32,000 bases of DNA from Acaryochloris marina MBIC11017 (GCF_000018105.1 NC_009925.1:4110001-4142000), one strand, 5' to 3'. Positions 19,259 to 27,659 are shown, counted from the stretch's first letter. Translations and numbers: made by a program. The notes: generated from the sequence alone by a model not told the origin.

Positions 19259-19807
19259 TCAACTGGAATTCATCCTTGTGTGGACGGCTGCAGCCAGTGC
19301 AGTGACATTACAAACACCATATTGCTCAAGCCCAACCTCTACTAACTCAATGAGGATACGCAACACATCAAGCCGAACCTCGATGCACTCATCTTGTAAA
19401 GCTTCTAGCAATCGAGAATCAAAGGTCTGTAAATCAATATGGATATAACGAAGCGCGCGAGCTGCATTAGCCCGAATAGTGGGCGAACTATCCTGTAGCA
19501 ATTTGAATAGCTGAGGTTCAATGATTGCAGGTGCATGATTGTATCGCAGTCCCCAGGCCGCCAAATCTGCCTGATCACCTTGAGTCTTCTCCAGTAGCAC
19601 CAAGAGCTGGTTTACACCCTCTGGTATGACATGACCCATCAGCTGGGAACAGCTCTCGCGTACCTGGTTTTCTTCCTCGTCATCACACAAAGTTATGAAT
19701 AAGGTTTCAACCGCGTCTTCGCCCATGTCCCAAAGCAAATCATAGGCATCGTCGTGACGGGCTTGCGATCGCAAATCCGCAATCAATTCGTTTACTAATT
19801 TCACCAC
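19259..19807 (-). CDS. HEAT/ARM-like repeat protein (182 aa)
   Basis: Helical repeat signature (LLQDSSPTIRANAARALRYI; LQDECIEVRLDVLRILIEL) and an acidic patch DDEEENQ. GTG start 25 nt after the stop of the 278-aa ORF. It contains one HIP1 site (19765-19772). Confidence 0.6.
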   Translation of the reverse strand: MVKLVNELIADLRSQARHDDAYDLLWDMGEDAVETLFITLCDDEEENQVRESCSQLMGHVIPEGVNQLLVLLEKTQGDQADLAAWGLRYNHAPAIIEPQLFKLLQDSSPTIRANAARALRYIHIDLQTFDSRLLEALQDECIEVRLDVLRILIELVEVGLEQYGVCNVTALAAAVHTRMNSS

Positions 19808-19832
19808 CAGACTATTGATGTCTTCTGAATGT

Positions 19833-20669
19833 TTACGAGAGATTGGGCGTAAACCAAACAGGCTTTAGCCCCTTATCCAGTAAAGCTTTTTCATTGGGCT
19901 GAGGTTTAAAAGGGATGTGACCCGCTTGATGCAGTTGGGTCGCTAGATTTTGGGCATAGCGATGGGCAAAAGCTTCTTTATCTTGCGAAGGCTGAGAGTC
20001 AAACTTTTGGCGCAGCCGCTCATCTTCAGCATCGCTAGTGGTATCAAGACTGGGTAGAACAACGCTGTGCCTCCAATCCACATAATGCCCAAGTTCATGG
20101 AAAAGGGTTCGAAAGAGGATGGTATTGCGAACCGACTCATCAGTTCGGTGGATCGTGTAATCACGTCGTCCTTTTTCGATCCGATGGCCATCAGCTTCCA
20201 GTCGAGTGAGTTCATCGCGAGCGTCTGGCCCTAGGGAGAGAGACCACCGCAAGGGGGTATTGAGATTATGGGCTTCGATACAAATTGCAGTCCCTGAATG
20301 TGGTCTAGGTGTCGCATAGTACAGGAAACGGCCCCAGACAGGATTGAGTTGATCTTGTTTGCGCGTCGGTTGACGAAAAATAATCAGCTCCAAGCCCTCC
20401 AGGTCAGACTGGGGAACGTATTCTAAAACAGACATCACATCTGCGACAGTACAGGGATAAAAACACTCAGGGCGCGGAGGCTCCACTAGAAATGTCAGCT
20501 TACATTCGCCAATCTTTGCTTGAATCGCAATAGGCTTGTGAAGTACTTCCCAAAACACCCGATCACCTGGCCAGGATTTTGGAATCACCAGCTGATTATT
20601 TTGTCCCTGACCTTGCTTTGAAGTACCAATATTGCGATTGCGACGGGTAGGATTCCAGCCTTTGCGCAT
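19833..20669 (-). CDS. Putative zincin-like metallopeptidase (278 aa) with an HExxHxxDxxH motif
   Basis: ATG start. HELGHYVDWRH is encoded at 20067-20099 (H191, E192, H195, H201). A predicted beta/alpha core lies upstream (LELIIFRQP...VWGRFLYYA...AICIEAHNL). The N-terminus is basic and Q/N-rich. No signal peptide. Confidence 0.7.
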   Translation of the reverse strand: MRKGWNPTRRNRNIGTSKQGQGQNNQLVIPKSWPGDRVFWEVLHKPIAIQAKIGECKLTFLVEPPRPECFYPCTVADVMSVLEYVPQSDLEGLELIIFRQPTRKQDQLNPVWGRFLYYATPRPHSGTAICIEAHNLNTPLRWSLSLGPDARDELTRLEADGHRIEKGRRDYTIHRTDESVRNTILFRTLFHELGHYVDWRHSVVLPSLDTTSDAEDERLRQKFDSQPSQDKEAFAHRYAQNLATQLHQAGHIPFKPQPNEKALLDKGLKPVWFTPNLS

Positions 20670-21244
20670 GTCCAGTTCCTAGAGATGCGTCAATGCTAGC
20701 CCACCTGCCAAGGCAGCTCAGTGATCGCTGTCCCATCGAGATCTCTGCAATCGTTAAAGCCAAATGCATTGGAGCCAAAATTTTTCCCAATGAATAGACC
20801 GGGAAGCTATATCTTTTTGGGGCGTGGTTTTGTCGGTTGCGATCGCACGGACAATGCAGAATGCCTGATAGGTCTCCATAGCAAAAATAAAGGCATGACT
20901 GGCCGAACAAAGCCACCTGGAAAAATTTTTTCGCCTTGATGTTCGATCTCGATTTTGTTTGGGCAACCTGAGTCTAATCAAGCTACTGCTAGAATTTGTA
21001 CTATCTGGTTTTAGCTTGACTTAAATCAGAAATAATCATCAAAAAAGTCCCTACCCCCTCTCTCTGTATGAGTTAGGGGGTATTTATTAAGGCAACACCA
21101 CCCATTGGACTGCAGGCACCTCCCGTTGGGTTAAAGCTTTATGTTTCAGGTTTAAGGGGGATATCCATAAGATACATGGACTAAAGGTATGGTCGCAGTT
21201 TTCTCATCTAGCGTCTGCAGAAATTGATCAATCCTACTGACACT

Positions 21245-21272
21245 AAAAAAGCCCCCGATTATTCGGGGGCTT
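21245..21272 (-). terminator. Rho-independent terminator of psbD
   Basis: GCCCCCG (21251-21257) and CGGGGGC (21264-21270) form a 7-bp GC stem with a 6-nt loop. On the minus strand it is followed by a T-run (the A6 at 21245-21250). It begins 32 nt downstream of the psbD stop. Confidence 0.75.
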
Positions 21273-21303
21273 TCCATCAAACTTTATCGTTTGAAGTTAG
21301 AGT

Positions 21304-22359
21304 CTACAGAGCGTTACCGCGAGGTAGAACTTCTTCAGGGAAGATGAAGTTTTCATGGATTTGGTCTTGGGGTGCCATCCAAGCGCGCAGACCTTCATTC
21401 AAGAGAATGTTCTTGGTGTAGAAGGTTTCGAACTCAGGGTCTTCAGCAGCCCGGATTTCCTGGCTAACGAAGTCATAAGCACGCATGTTGAGAGCGATAC
21501 CCACGAGGCCAATGGCAGAAGCCCATAGACCAGTCACAGGAACGAACAACATGAAAAAGTGCAACCAACGCTTGTTGGAAAAGGCAATCCCGAAAATCTG
21601 AGACCAGAATCGGTTAGCAGTGACCATGGAGTAGGTCTCTTCTGCTTGGGTCGGAGTGAACGCAGCAAATGTATTGGCGTCTTGACCGTCTTCAAACAAG
21701 GTGTTCTCAACAGTGGCTCCGTGAATGGCGCACAACAGCGCACCACCCAAAATACCTGCAACACCCATCATGTGGAAGGGGTTGAGGGTTAGGTTGTGGA
21801 AACCTTGAGCAAATAACAAGAATCGGAAGATGCTTGTTACACCCCAGCTAGGTGCAAAGAACCAGCTGGATTGGCCCAAAGGATACATCAAAAAGACGGA
21901 AACATACACGGCGATAGGACCGCTGAAGGCAACTGCGTTGTAAGGACGCACGCCGACTAGACGGGCAATCTCGAATTGACGCAGCATGAAGCCGATCAAG
22001 CCGAAGACACCATGTAATGTGGTGAAGTTCCACAATCCACCCAGCTGACACCAGCGGGTGAAGTCACCTTGAGCTTCGGGTCCCCAAAGTAGAAGTAGGG
22101 AGTGGCCGAGGCTGTCGGCGGGAGTGGATACAGCAACGGTCAAGAAGTTAGCCCCTTCTAGGTAGGAGCTAGCAAGACCGTGGGTGTACCAGGAAGTTAC
22201 GAAAGTTGTGCCGGTAAACCATCCCCCGATGGATAGAAACGCACAGGGGAAAAGTAGGATACCTGACCAACCAATAAAGACGAACCGATCACGCTTAAGC
22301 CAGTCGTCGAGGACGTCAAACCATCCTCGCTCCTGGGCGCGTCCGACTGCTATGGTCAT
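21304..22359 (-). CDS. psbD: Photosystem II reaction-centre protein D2
   Basis: Full-length 351-aa D2 ([28 protein letters not shown]...[33 protein letters not shown]...[10 protein letters not shown]). GGAG lies upstream of the ATG. No overlapping psbC follows, so this is a monocistronic copy. Confidence 0.97.
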
Positions 22360-22622
22360 GGATAGATCTCCAGTTTATTTATAAATCGAAAAATGATTGC
22401 AGGAAAAATAACAGATGGTCCTGAATCGGTGTAGATATGATTAACCATAAAGTAAAGTCAACAAAAATTCACGATACTTTATGATTTCTTTCACATATCC
22501 TAATTATATGTAGAAGTCTATCGTGCTGCAGCTACCGCTGGAAAGTCTAGCCAAATATGAGGGTTAGACGGTTAATCCATGAAAACGAGCAATGATAGGC
22601 AGTGCCTGAATCCTGAGAAAGC

Positions 22623-23684
22623 TTAAGATTTGTCGGTTTCAGTCGTCAAGAAACTTTGCGGTCGGTCTAAGAGGGCGGTTATTGCATTAACAGCGGTTTG
22701 AGCATTGCCCGTTAGGAATGCTGCATCTACTGTATCCGGTGTATCGGTGCGCCGATGATAGTGGGGATTGCGCAGATGGGCGGTATCGGTGAGCATCACG
22801 GCTCCTATCCCTTCAAACCAAAATGGCGTATGGTCACTGCGCAGGATGACAGGGGTTAATAGACCTTTAAAAGGAATGGAGACAGGGACTAACGCCGGTA
22901 AGTTTGGCTGATGATGCTCGCTAAAGGCATTCAGTAATGGTAGGTGCTCTGTATCGCCTGCGATCGCAAGAAAGTCTCCTTTATCACTGGGTAGCTTCAC
23001 CTTGAATTCTCCAGGAACCTGCTGGCAGCCCGGTGTCGAACAGGAGTAGCCCAGCATTTCCAAAATCACGACGCCGTCTAAATTTTTGAGATTTTCGGGG
23101 CGTTGGGCATAGGCATAGCTACCCACCAGTCCGGCTTCTTCTTGATCAAATAGAACAATGCGCAGGGGCCGTATCGTTTTGCGATCGCCCAGCAGTCTCG
23201 CCACTTCCAAAGCCACCACCACTCCAGTGGCATTATCATCTGACCCAGGAGACCCTCGGACCGAATCATAATGAGCGCCCACTAGTAAGACCCCTGCATT
23301 AGGGGCTATACCTGGACGTTCAGCCACAAGATTCACCCCTGTTTCAAAAGGCTGTTCTGTTACGGTCCAGCCAGATGCCGAGAGGGTTTGGGCCATAAAC
23401 GCTCTCGTTTTCTTTAACTCGGCTGTAGTGTAGCGCTCAAAGTTCAGAGCATTGAGATCTGCCATTAACCGATCGCCATTAACCAGGGGGGGCGGCTCAG
23501 CGGTGACAGGTAGCGGAGCAGTCGTTGGAGACGGAGCATCGGGCGGCGATGCTGCGGGCGTCGCCTCTGGTGATGGAGAGACGGGAGGAGATTGAGCGAC
23601 AGGCCGGGGAGACTGGCAGGACATAAAGACCACAAACAGACATGCGATCGCACTTAAGATCCAAGCTTTCCGACTTTTGAACAT
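22623..23684 (-). CDS. M28-family aminopeptidase, probable lipoprotein
   Basis: M28 zinc-site contexts (LLVGAHYDSV, GSDDNATGVVVALEVARLL, LFDQEEAGLVGS, DHTPF). Start at ATG 23684 gives MFKSRKAWILSAIACLFVVFMSCQ (lipobox), followed by a Pro/Ser-rich linker. The track start at 23747 is TTG. Confidence 0.85.
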   Translation of the reverse strand: MFKSRKAWILSAIACLFVVFMSCQSPRPVAQSPPVSPSPEATPAASPPDAPSPTTAPLPVTAEPPPLVNGDRLMADLNALNFERYTTAELKKTRAFMAQTLSASGWTVTEQPFETGVNLVAERPGIAPNAGVLLVGAHYDSVRGSPGSDDNATGVVVALEVARLLGDRKTIRPLRIVLFDQEEAGLVGSYAYAQRPENLKNLDGVVILEMLGYSCSTPGCQQVPGEFKVKLPSDKGDFLAIAGDTEHLPLLNAFSEHHQPNLPALVPVSIPFKGLLTPVILRSDHTPFWFEGIGAVMLTDTAHLRNPHYHRRTDTPDTVDAAFLTGNAQTAVNAITALLDRPQSFLTTETDKS

Positions 23685-23849
23685 CTTTCCACGACTAAAC
23701 CCTAGCCATTGTCGCACACCTTTCATTCCACCTGTAGAAACCTGCAATCGATAAGAGGATGTGTTTATAACATGGGCTAGGGTTTGGTTGGCACCCGTTC
23801 CCTACTCAAACTGAGCTAAACAATGGAGATCTCTGTAAATAGGAGATCT

Positions 23850-24180
23850 TTACAGATAGAAGGCTTCCACTAGAGTAAGGCTCAAAATCGAGATAAACAA
23901 CCAGGCCGCAGCGCCCAAATAGAGGGGGCGTAGACCCATTTCCTTAAACTTATGGAGTTTGGTTTCAAGTCCCATGGCTACCATCGACACGGTCAGTAAA
24001 AATTTATTTCCTTGGGTCAGGGTCTCAGTCCATGCAGTTGGTAAAAGCTGAAAACTGCTCACCCCAATCAGTGCTACAAAGCCGAGGACAAACTAAGGAA
24101 TGGGCAGTGATTTAGAATCTCCAACCCGCTGCCGGAAAGATAGAACCCCTAATGTCAACATCACCGGAATCAGGAACATC
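23850..24180 (-). pseudogene. YeiH/UPF0324-family membrane protein, C-terminal remnant of about 110 codons with an in-frame stop, truncated by the IS1-family element
   Basis: Manual translation gives MFLIPVMLTLGVLSFRQRVGDSKSLPIP*FVLGFVALIGVSSFQLLPTAW...MGLETKLHKFKEMGLRPLYLGAAAWLFISILSL. TAG at 24093-24095 sits where the family has Trp (IPWF). The N-terminal two-thirds of the gene are missing, and the reading frame runs straight into the IS end at 24181. Confidence 0.6.
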
Positions 24181-25084
24181 GGTTGTGCATCAATAAAGTG
24201 TGTGATAGGTGGCTAAATCTTGCCATTCCCAAGGATGTTCCGTCAGCCCAGCACGTTGTGCAGCCGTATTTTTTAAATCGAGAGTGGCACCAGATCCAGT
24301 TGAAATAGGTTAGCACCAGTCTTAAGGTCACTGTACTCTGTTGCCAGACTTTACCAAATTTGTTTTGTCGTCGATGCCAGCGCCCGGTCTGTTGCCATAG
24401 TATTCCATTGGTCCGCTCTAAGCGTTGCGTCAGGGCCTTACTCACGTGATGGATCACCTCATCGGGTAATTGGCGTGAGTAACCGTCTCAACCATCCGTT
24501 TGCCAATGGTGACAGGCGGTTTTGCCTTCAGTATTCTCAATCAATGCTTGAGCGAGCTCGTCGGTATGTTTGCCAATACGACCACTGAGCACTAAGCCAC
24601 TGTCTTTGGCAAGACTCAACGCTATCCAGCAATCGCCGACGCTCAATTCTTCCGGTTCACAGTGCTTTTGCTTTTTTTGACAAAAGACCATAACGCATCA
24701 GCATTGATGACGTCAGTCGAAACGGCCTGACCTTCTTGGTTGTGAATCATTTGGGCTTTATGGCTCGCGGAGCGAACTACACTCACACAGGTGTTATAAG
24801 CCACACCCGTAATTCGAGCGAGTCCGCGCAAACTACTGCCTTCAGCATGAGATTGAAGGATGGTCTGAAGGGTTTGAGGAGAAATCTGACGGTGATAATA
24901 GAGGGTATCAAAGGTTTCACTGAAAGTTCGCTAGCAGTGGAGGCAACGGTAACGTTGGCTGCCTTTACTGGTTTTACCGTGTTAGTGGGTCGTTGGATGA
25001 CCACATAGAGGACATTGCATCAGGGGAAAGGATAACTCAACTCCCTATCGGTTTAGCAAACCCACACTTTTTTGGTGCACGACC
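24181..25084 (-). mobile_element. Degenerate IS1-family insertion sequence (about 904 bp); the transposase is a pseudogene
   Basis: Imperfect terminal inverted repeats: GGTTGTGCATCAATAAAGTGTG at 24181 and the reverse complement of 25084 (GGTCGTGCACCAAAAAAGTGTG). The transposase reading MQCPLCGHPTTH*HGKTSKGSQRYRCLHC*RTFSE... has two in-frame stops in the zinc-finger region. There are at least two further frameshifts (ADALWSFVKKSK / FCQKKQKHCEPEE; HHWQTDG / ...IHHVSKALTQRLERTNGILWQQTGRWHRRQNKF). I found no target-site duplication. Confidence 0.7.
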
Positions 25085-25532
25085 CGAATTGCTTAAGTGC
25101 AAAACTGAGGATTTCTTGGGGATTATCCTGAGGTAGATTTGTGAGTGCACTAGGAATATCAACAGGGGAATTAACAGTATTGATCGCTTGAACCATGAAC
25201 GAACTCCTTAATAAATAGGAATACAAAAACCAGAACAAAGGCAAATGCTACAGGCTGATCCAATCCGGCAGACTGCATAAAATGACGACAAGAATGAGGA
25301 GAAAAAGAGGGCTGTGGAACAGCCTCATACCCCACATTTGCCTTAGGTATGAATAGAAAAAACGGTTGATGGAGCAGTATTTGGCGCCAATCGCAATGAG
25401 GATGCCGTTGTCGTCTGCTCTACCGTTGTGATGGTAGAGCAAGGCATCAGCTCCAAAAGGATGAAACTATTTAGTCAGATACCTCCGGTAAAACCGGAGG
25501 CTTGAATTAGAACCCCTTAAAGGGGATTTGGG

Positions 25533-25961
25533 CTACGCCCGAAACAAGTTCAATTGCTCAAGCTTTTGCTCCTCTTGTTCCTGATGTCTGATATATCGAC
25601 GAATCACTTCCTCATCTCTGCCGACTGTTGAGACAAAATACCCTCTAGACCAAAACTTATGGCCTGTCGCATTCCGGCTATTGCCTAACTCTCGAGCGAT
25701 ATAAATGGCACTCTTACCTTTTACATAGCCCACCACATTGGACACAGAGTATTTCGGCGGAATACTCAACAACATATGAACATGATCTAGCATTAAATGG
25801 CCTTCTTCTATGGCACTCTCTTTATGTCGTGCCAGTTCATGAAATATATCACCTAAATTCTGCCTAATTCGTCCATATATTCTTCTCTTTCGATATTTCG
25901 GCACAAATACTACATGATATTTGCATTCCCACACACTATGGGATAACTTGCGATATGTCAT
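25533..25961 (-). CDS. tnpA: IS200/IS605-family Y1 (HUH) transposase TnpA, 142 aa
   Basis: MTYRKLSHSVWECKYHVVFVPKYRKRRIYG...DHVHMLLSIPPKYSVSNVVGYVKGKSA...FWSRGYFVSTVG carries the HUH motif (HVH) and the catalytic Tyr region. The ATG at 25961 is preceded by AAGGAGA. The longer track ORF, running to 26036, reads through the leader hairpin. Confidence 0.9.
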   Translation of the reverse strand: MTYRKLSHSVWECKYHVVFVPKYRKRRIYGRIRQNLGDIFHELARHKESAIEEGHLMLDHVHMLLSIPPKYSVSNVVGYVKGKSAIYIARELGNSRNATGHKFWSRGYFVSTVGRDEEVIRRYIRHQEQEEQKLEQLNLFRA

Positions 25962-25964
25962 TCT

Positions 25965-25991
25965 GTCTCCTTTGAAGACTTCAAAGGAGAC
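25965..25991 (-). promoter_or_regulatory. Hairpin sequestering the tnpA Shine-Dalgarno sequence
   Basis: Perfect palindrome GTCTCCTTTGAAG-A-CTTCAAAGGAGAC. On the mRNA strand the AAGGAGA SD, about 5 nt before the AUG, pairs with UCUCCUU. This is the classical IS200 translational occlusion structure. Confidence 0.6.
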
Positions 25992-26319
25992 CTTTCTACC
26001 GCGGTATAGGTGGAACCTGACGAGTCCTGCGCTCAAAGCGCAGGCTTATACAGGATAGTTAGTTATTCATCTGTACCCAAGTTATCGAGAATCATAGTTC
26101 TCGGGCCTATCAACACTAAAATGGTTTGAACCTATCGCGGACAATACCCGTTTCAACCATTTCTGCATGCACACATTGCGAAAATTGGCAGAAGAAAGCA
26201 GACTCCCGACGCCAGCAATGGCTTCTTGTTGCATTAGGTCTTAGCTAAATTAGTCTGAAAAAACTAATTTTTTGTGCTGAGATTAGAAAATTAGCTTTTT
26301 AAATGAGTTTTAATATAAA

Positions 26320-26994
26320 TTAGTGATTTTTAGATGAAGATGTAGCAGTTTTGGCGGGATTATTCGCAATGACAGTTTGTCCCAACTCTGCTTGACTGCC
26401 CCAAGGTTGGAGGGCCGAAGGAAGTTGCCATTGACCCCAATCAAAGCCATCTCTAATCGCCCAAGATAAATCGACTTGCTGGGGCACTTCTAAGGAATGG
26501 CTACAGGTAAGGTCAGCTTCATAGGCTTTCAAAATTTGCGCATCTTGCTCCATTTCAGGAGATTGTAAATAGAGAACTGCACAGCGATACCGCTGATACC
26601 AACCTGCGATCGCATTTTCTAACTTATCCGCAGATGTTCGACAGACAACAGCTGCTGTTCCCCACCACCAGGCGGCCACCAGCCATTGGTCTGGGTCACC
26701 GTCTTCACTTTGAAACCCGTGGATACTATTGACCAAGGTAGAAATATGAGGGCAGGCTTCGATGGCCGAGGCATCGCATTTCCAGATTGGGGCGGGCGGT
26801 TCGCTTTCTGGACGCTGCTCTCGCCAAACCTGCAACAAAAACGCCAGTGGATCAGAGCCTTGAGCATAGGCTGGCCAGTTTTGATGCCGCAGTCCCTGTG
26901 GATAATGCTGTTGGAGAGCTGATAAAGGGGCTAAGTGCTCAGGACTCAACAGGGGGGCCAAAAGCTGAAGGGGTTGAGGCAGAGTCACAGGCAA
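26320..26994 (-). CDS. Hypothetical Trp-rich protein (224 aa); no ATG start
   Basis: 675-nt open frame. The only canonical starts are TTG 26994 and GTG 26988. The sequence (LVAAWWWGTAAVVCRTSADKLENAIAGWYQRYRCAVLYLQ...) matches no family I recognise. It contains a HIP1 site at 26606-26613. Confidence 0.45.
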   Translation of the reverse strand: MPVTLPQPLQLLAPLLSPEHLAPLSALQQHYPQGLRHQNWPAYAQGSDPLAFLLQVWREQRPESEPPAPIWKCDASAIEACPHISTLVNSIHGFQSEDGDPDQWLVAAWWWGTAAVVCRTSADKLENAIAGWYQRYRCAVLYLQSPEMEQDAQILKAYEADLTCSHSLEVPQQVDLSWAIRDGFDWGQWQLPSALQPWGSQAELGQTVIANNPAKTATSSSKNH

Positions 26995-27067
26995 TGTCCT
27001 TTGAGAATAAGCGGATGGAGGGAATATCCCTATCAGCAGTATCCCTGGTTGCCTGGTCTACAATCAA

Positions 27068-27616
27068 CTAGCGCTCCCACCAGACTCGGTTCAATTTGGG
27101 ATAACAGTGAAGGGCTTGCCGCCAGATTTGCTCAACGACCCAAGCCGGAGGCTGAGTCGCATCAACGGTCAGAATGGATTCTTCAGAGCCAATAGGTTCA
27201 AAGGCATCGAGCTGACTGGCTAAGAGCCTGGCCTGCATGTAGTGGTTCTCTCGCTGAGTCAAACGCTGAAGCAGCTCAGATTCTGATACTTCTAACCAGA
27301 CAAGCTGTACCGAGCCCAAAGCCATTAATTGCTGTCGATGCGCTTGCTTAAGGGCAGAACAGGTGAGGACGGTTTCGCGCTTTAGATCAATGGCCCAGCG
27401 AATATCATCTGCGATCTCATCCAGCCACATCTGTCGATCCGCATCGGTCAGTGGTTTTTGCGCAGCCATCTTTTGGATGTTACGCACAGGATGGCGTAGA
27501 TCGCCTTCTAAAAAATCACACTCTAAACGGGCCGCGAATAACCGGCCTATGGTAGTTTTACCTGAACCCGCAACCCCTATCATGATCCAGATAAGAGGAA
27601 TATCACATGTCATCAT
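27068..27616 (-). CDS. gntK: Gluconokinase-like P-loop kinase (GntK / thermoresistant gluconokinase family)
   Basis: Walker A GVAGSGKTT, then FLEGDLRHPVRNIQKMAAQKPLTDADRQMWL and TCSALKQAHRQQL, collinear with E. coli GntK blocks (FLDGDFLHPRRNIEKMASGEPLNDDDRKPWL; VCSALKKHYRDLL). The start is taken at the ATGATG at 27611-27616; the track extension to 27706 starts at GTG. Confidence 0.8.
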   Translation of the reverse strand: MMTCDIPLIWIMIGVAGSGKTTIGRLFAARLECDFLEGDLRHPVRNIQKMAAQKPLTDADRQMWLDEIADDIRWAIDLKRETVLTCSALKQAHRQQLMALGSVQLVWLEVSESELLQRLTQRENHYMQARLLASQLDAFEPIGSEESILTVDATQPPAWVVEQIWRQALHCYPKLNRVWWER

Positions 27617-27659
27617 GATCCACCTCGATATTGAATGGCTATTCAGGATTGATAAAGTT

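Larger units (their letters stand above)
25482..26044 (-). mobile_element. IS200-type (IS200/IS605 family) element carrying tnpA only; minimal extent from hairpin to hairpin
   Basis: A Y1 transposase gene is bracketed by subterminal hairpins. CCTGCGC-TCAAA-GCGCAGG lies at 26026-26044 on the 5' side, and CCTCCGG-TAAAA-CCGGAGG at 25482-25500 on the 3' side. No tnpB. Exact ends are not determined. Confidence 0.75.

Noticed and set aside
20596-20981. Three mutually overlapping ORFs of 72-106 aa in the region between the 278-aa gene and psbD
   Set aside because: They overlap one another on both strands and none shows a family signature. The region more plausibly holds the cassette promoter. A hairpin at about 21050-21085 (TACCCCCT-N15-AGGGGGTA) was noted but has no clear gene to terminate.
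24181-25084. Possibility that the split IS1-family transposase reflects programmed -1 frameshifting (the InsA/InsAB arrangement) rather than decay
   Set aside because: Two in-frame stop codons (TAA and TAG) lie within the N-terminal zinc-finger region, upstream of any frameshift site, and more than one frame change is needed. The gene is therefore dead.
25053-25442. Two small ORFs (63 and 64 aa) that might be a toxin-antitoxin-like pair
   Set aside because: They are in the same frame and separated only by one TAG and one codon. The downstream one starts at TTG and its 3' end reads into the IS1 inverted repeat. A decayed single gene explains them better than a two-gene module.
26168-26245. 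25-codon plus-strand ORF (MHTLRKLAEESRLPTPAMASCCIRS), followed by an AT-rich hairpin AAATTAGT-N8-ACTAATTT with a T-run at about 26238-26268
   Set aside because: It is too short to support without conservation or expression data. The hairpin stem is all A/T and weak. It is noted only as something to look at in transcriptome data.
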